Source of the DNA: Bacteroidota bacterium
GTDB lineage: Bacteria; Bacteroidota; Bacteroidia; AKYH767-A; OLB10
DNA: 64,000 nt
Assembly: GCA_046052065.1 (NCBI GenBank)
Contig: JBJOND010000002.1
Coordinates: forward strand, 31,224 to 95,223
Direction of reading: 5' to 3'
Numbering within the stretch: position 1 is the first letter of the stretch; each line of letters begins with the position of its first letter. Below, piece by piece: positions 63,522 through 64,000 of the stretch. A program made the translations under genes and the position numbers. The notes beneath the pieces were generated by a model. That model did not search any database, was not told the origin of the DNA, and saw only the letters and a list, made by a program, of their open reading frames with translations.

Positions 63522-64000
63522 TGAGTAATATTTCATTGCCTCTTGCATTTACGCAAAGAATTCAGCAGCAACTGGGCAATGAAGCTGTTTCATTTATTGA
63601 AGCTTTAACTACAACACCACCGGTTTCTATTCGATTAAATCCGAATAAGACTAGTGGTGTTTTGCTAAATGAAAAAATCGATTGGTGTGATACAGCTAGC
63701 TATTTAAACGAACGACCTGTATTTACATTAGATCCTCGTTTTCATGCTGGTGCATATTATGTGCAAGAAGCGAGTTCGATGTTTATTGGGTTTGCATTAA
63801 AGCAGGTAATCGATTTTAATCAAACACTATCAGCAATTGATTTATGCGCTGCGCCGGGCGGTAAAACAACTCACCTTTTAAGCTTATTGAATTCAGCTAG
63901 TACTTTATTCAGCAATGAAATTATCTCTAATCGTAATTCGATATTGCGTGAGAACATTGTTAAGTGGGGCTGCGCTAATGCAATTGTAACACAAGCTAAC
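63521..64000 (+). CDS. NOL1/NOP2/Sun-family RNA cytosine-C5 methyltransferase (RsmF/RsmB-like), 3' end beyond the window
   Basis: Not in the ORF track because it has no stop in the window. My translation gives 160 codons without a stop: MSNISLPLAF...HAGAYYVQEASSMF...DLCAAPGGKTTHL...SNEI. The ATG overlaps the S8 gene's stop (TAATG). Confidence 0.8.
   Translation, partial: MSNISLPLAFTQRIQQQLGNEAVSFIEALTTTPPVSIRLNPNKTSGVLLNEKIDWCDTASYLNERPVFTLDPRFHAGAYYVQEASSMFIGFALKQVIDFNQTLSAIDLCAAPGGKTTHLLSLLNSASTLFSNEIISNRNSILRENIVKWGCANAIVTQAN

Noticed and set aside
1-64000. Looked for CRISPR repeats, tRNA/rRNA/tmRNA/SRP RNA signatures (for example GGTTCGAATCC T-loops), transposase or integrase genes, terminal inverted repeats, and restriction-modification, toxin-antitoxin or reverse-transcriptase genes
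   Set aside because: I recognised none by eye. Base composition and codon style look uniform across the window apart from 55.02-55.10 kb, so there is no evidence of a horizontally acquired island. A computational scan (tRNAscan-SE, Infernal, ISEScan, DefenseFinder) would be needed to exclude them formally.

Overview
AT-rich (by eye about one-third G+C) chromosomal segment from a Bacteroidota bacterium. Supporting this: several T9SS type-A C-terminal sorting domains, one type-B (CHU_C) domain, and Bacteroidota-style TAnnTTTG -7 promoter boxes in front of many genes. I call about 60 densely packed protein genes. Most are core housekeeping: ffh, folD, queE, lptD, a SPOR-domain amidase, mlaEFD, parAB, mnmE, deoD and an OmpR-type two-component pair. 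Secreted T9SS cargo proteins and small accessory modules are interspersed. I saw no rRNA, tRNA, CRISPR array, transposase, integrase, restriction-modification, toxin-antitoxin or other canonical defence or mobile gene. The window therefore looks largely ordinary, and I cannot point to a clear-cut new system. The items most worth a second look are: (1) a GC-rich multi-hairpin non-coding element with tandem terminators at 55.0-55.25 kb; (2) an MbnP/MbnH-like pair coupled to a T9SS-secreted YHYH protein at 51.9-55.0 kb; (3) a tightly coupled T9SS-PLD / giant LmbE-type deacetylase / MFS operon at 56.9-61.9 kb; (4) a split, membrane-anchored DsrMK/HdrD-like Fe-S oxidoreductase pair at 23.2-25.3 kb; (5) an orphan Arch_ATPase/DUF234 AAA+ gene next to two paralogous envelope proteins at 40.8-43.5 kb; (6) an unannotated 44-codon membrane ORF stop/start-coupled to a tail-anchored protein at 12.0-12.5 kb; (7) five genes whose -7 box sits 3-4 nt from the start codon, suggesting leaderless mRNAs. 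Several ORF-track starts (TTG/GTG extensions) are revised to downstream ATGs, using signal peptides and promoter boxes. All functional calls rest on motifs I can read in the translations. No database search was run.
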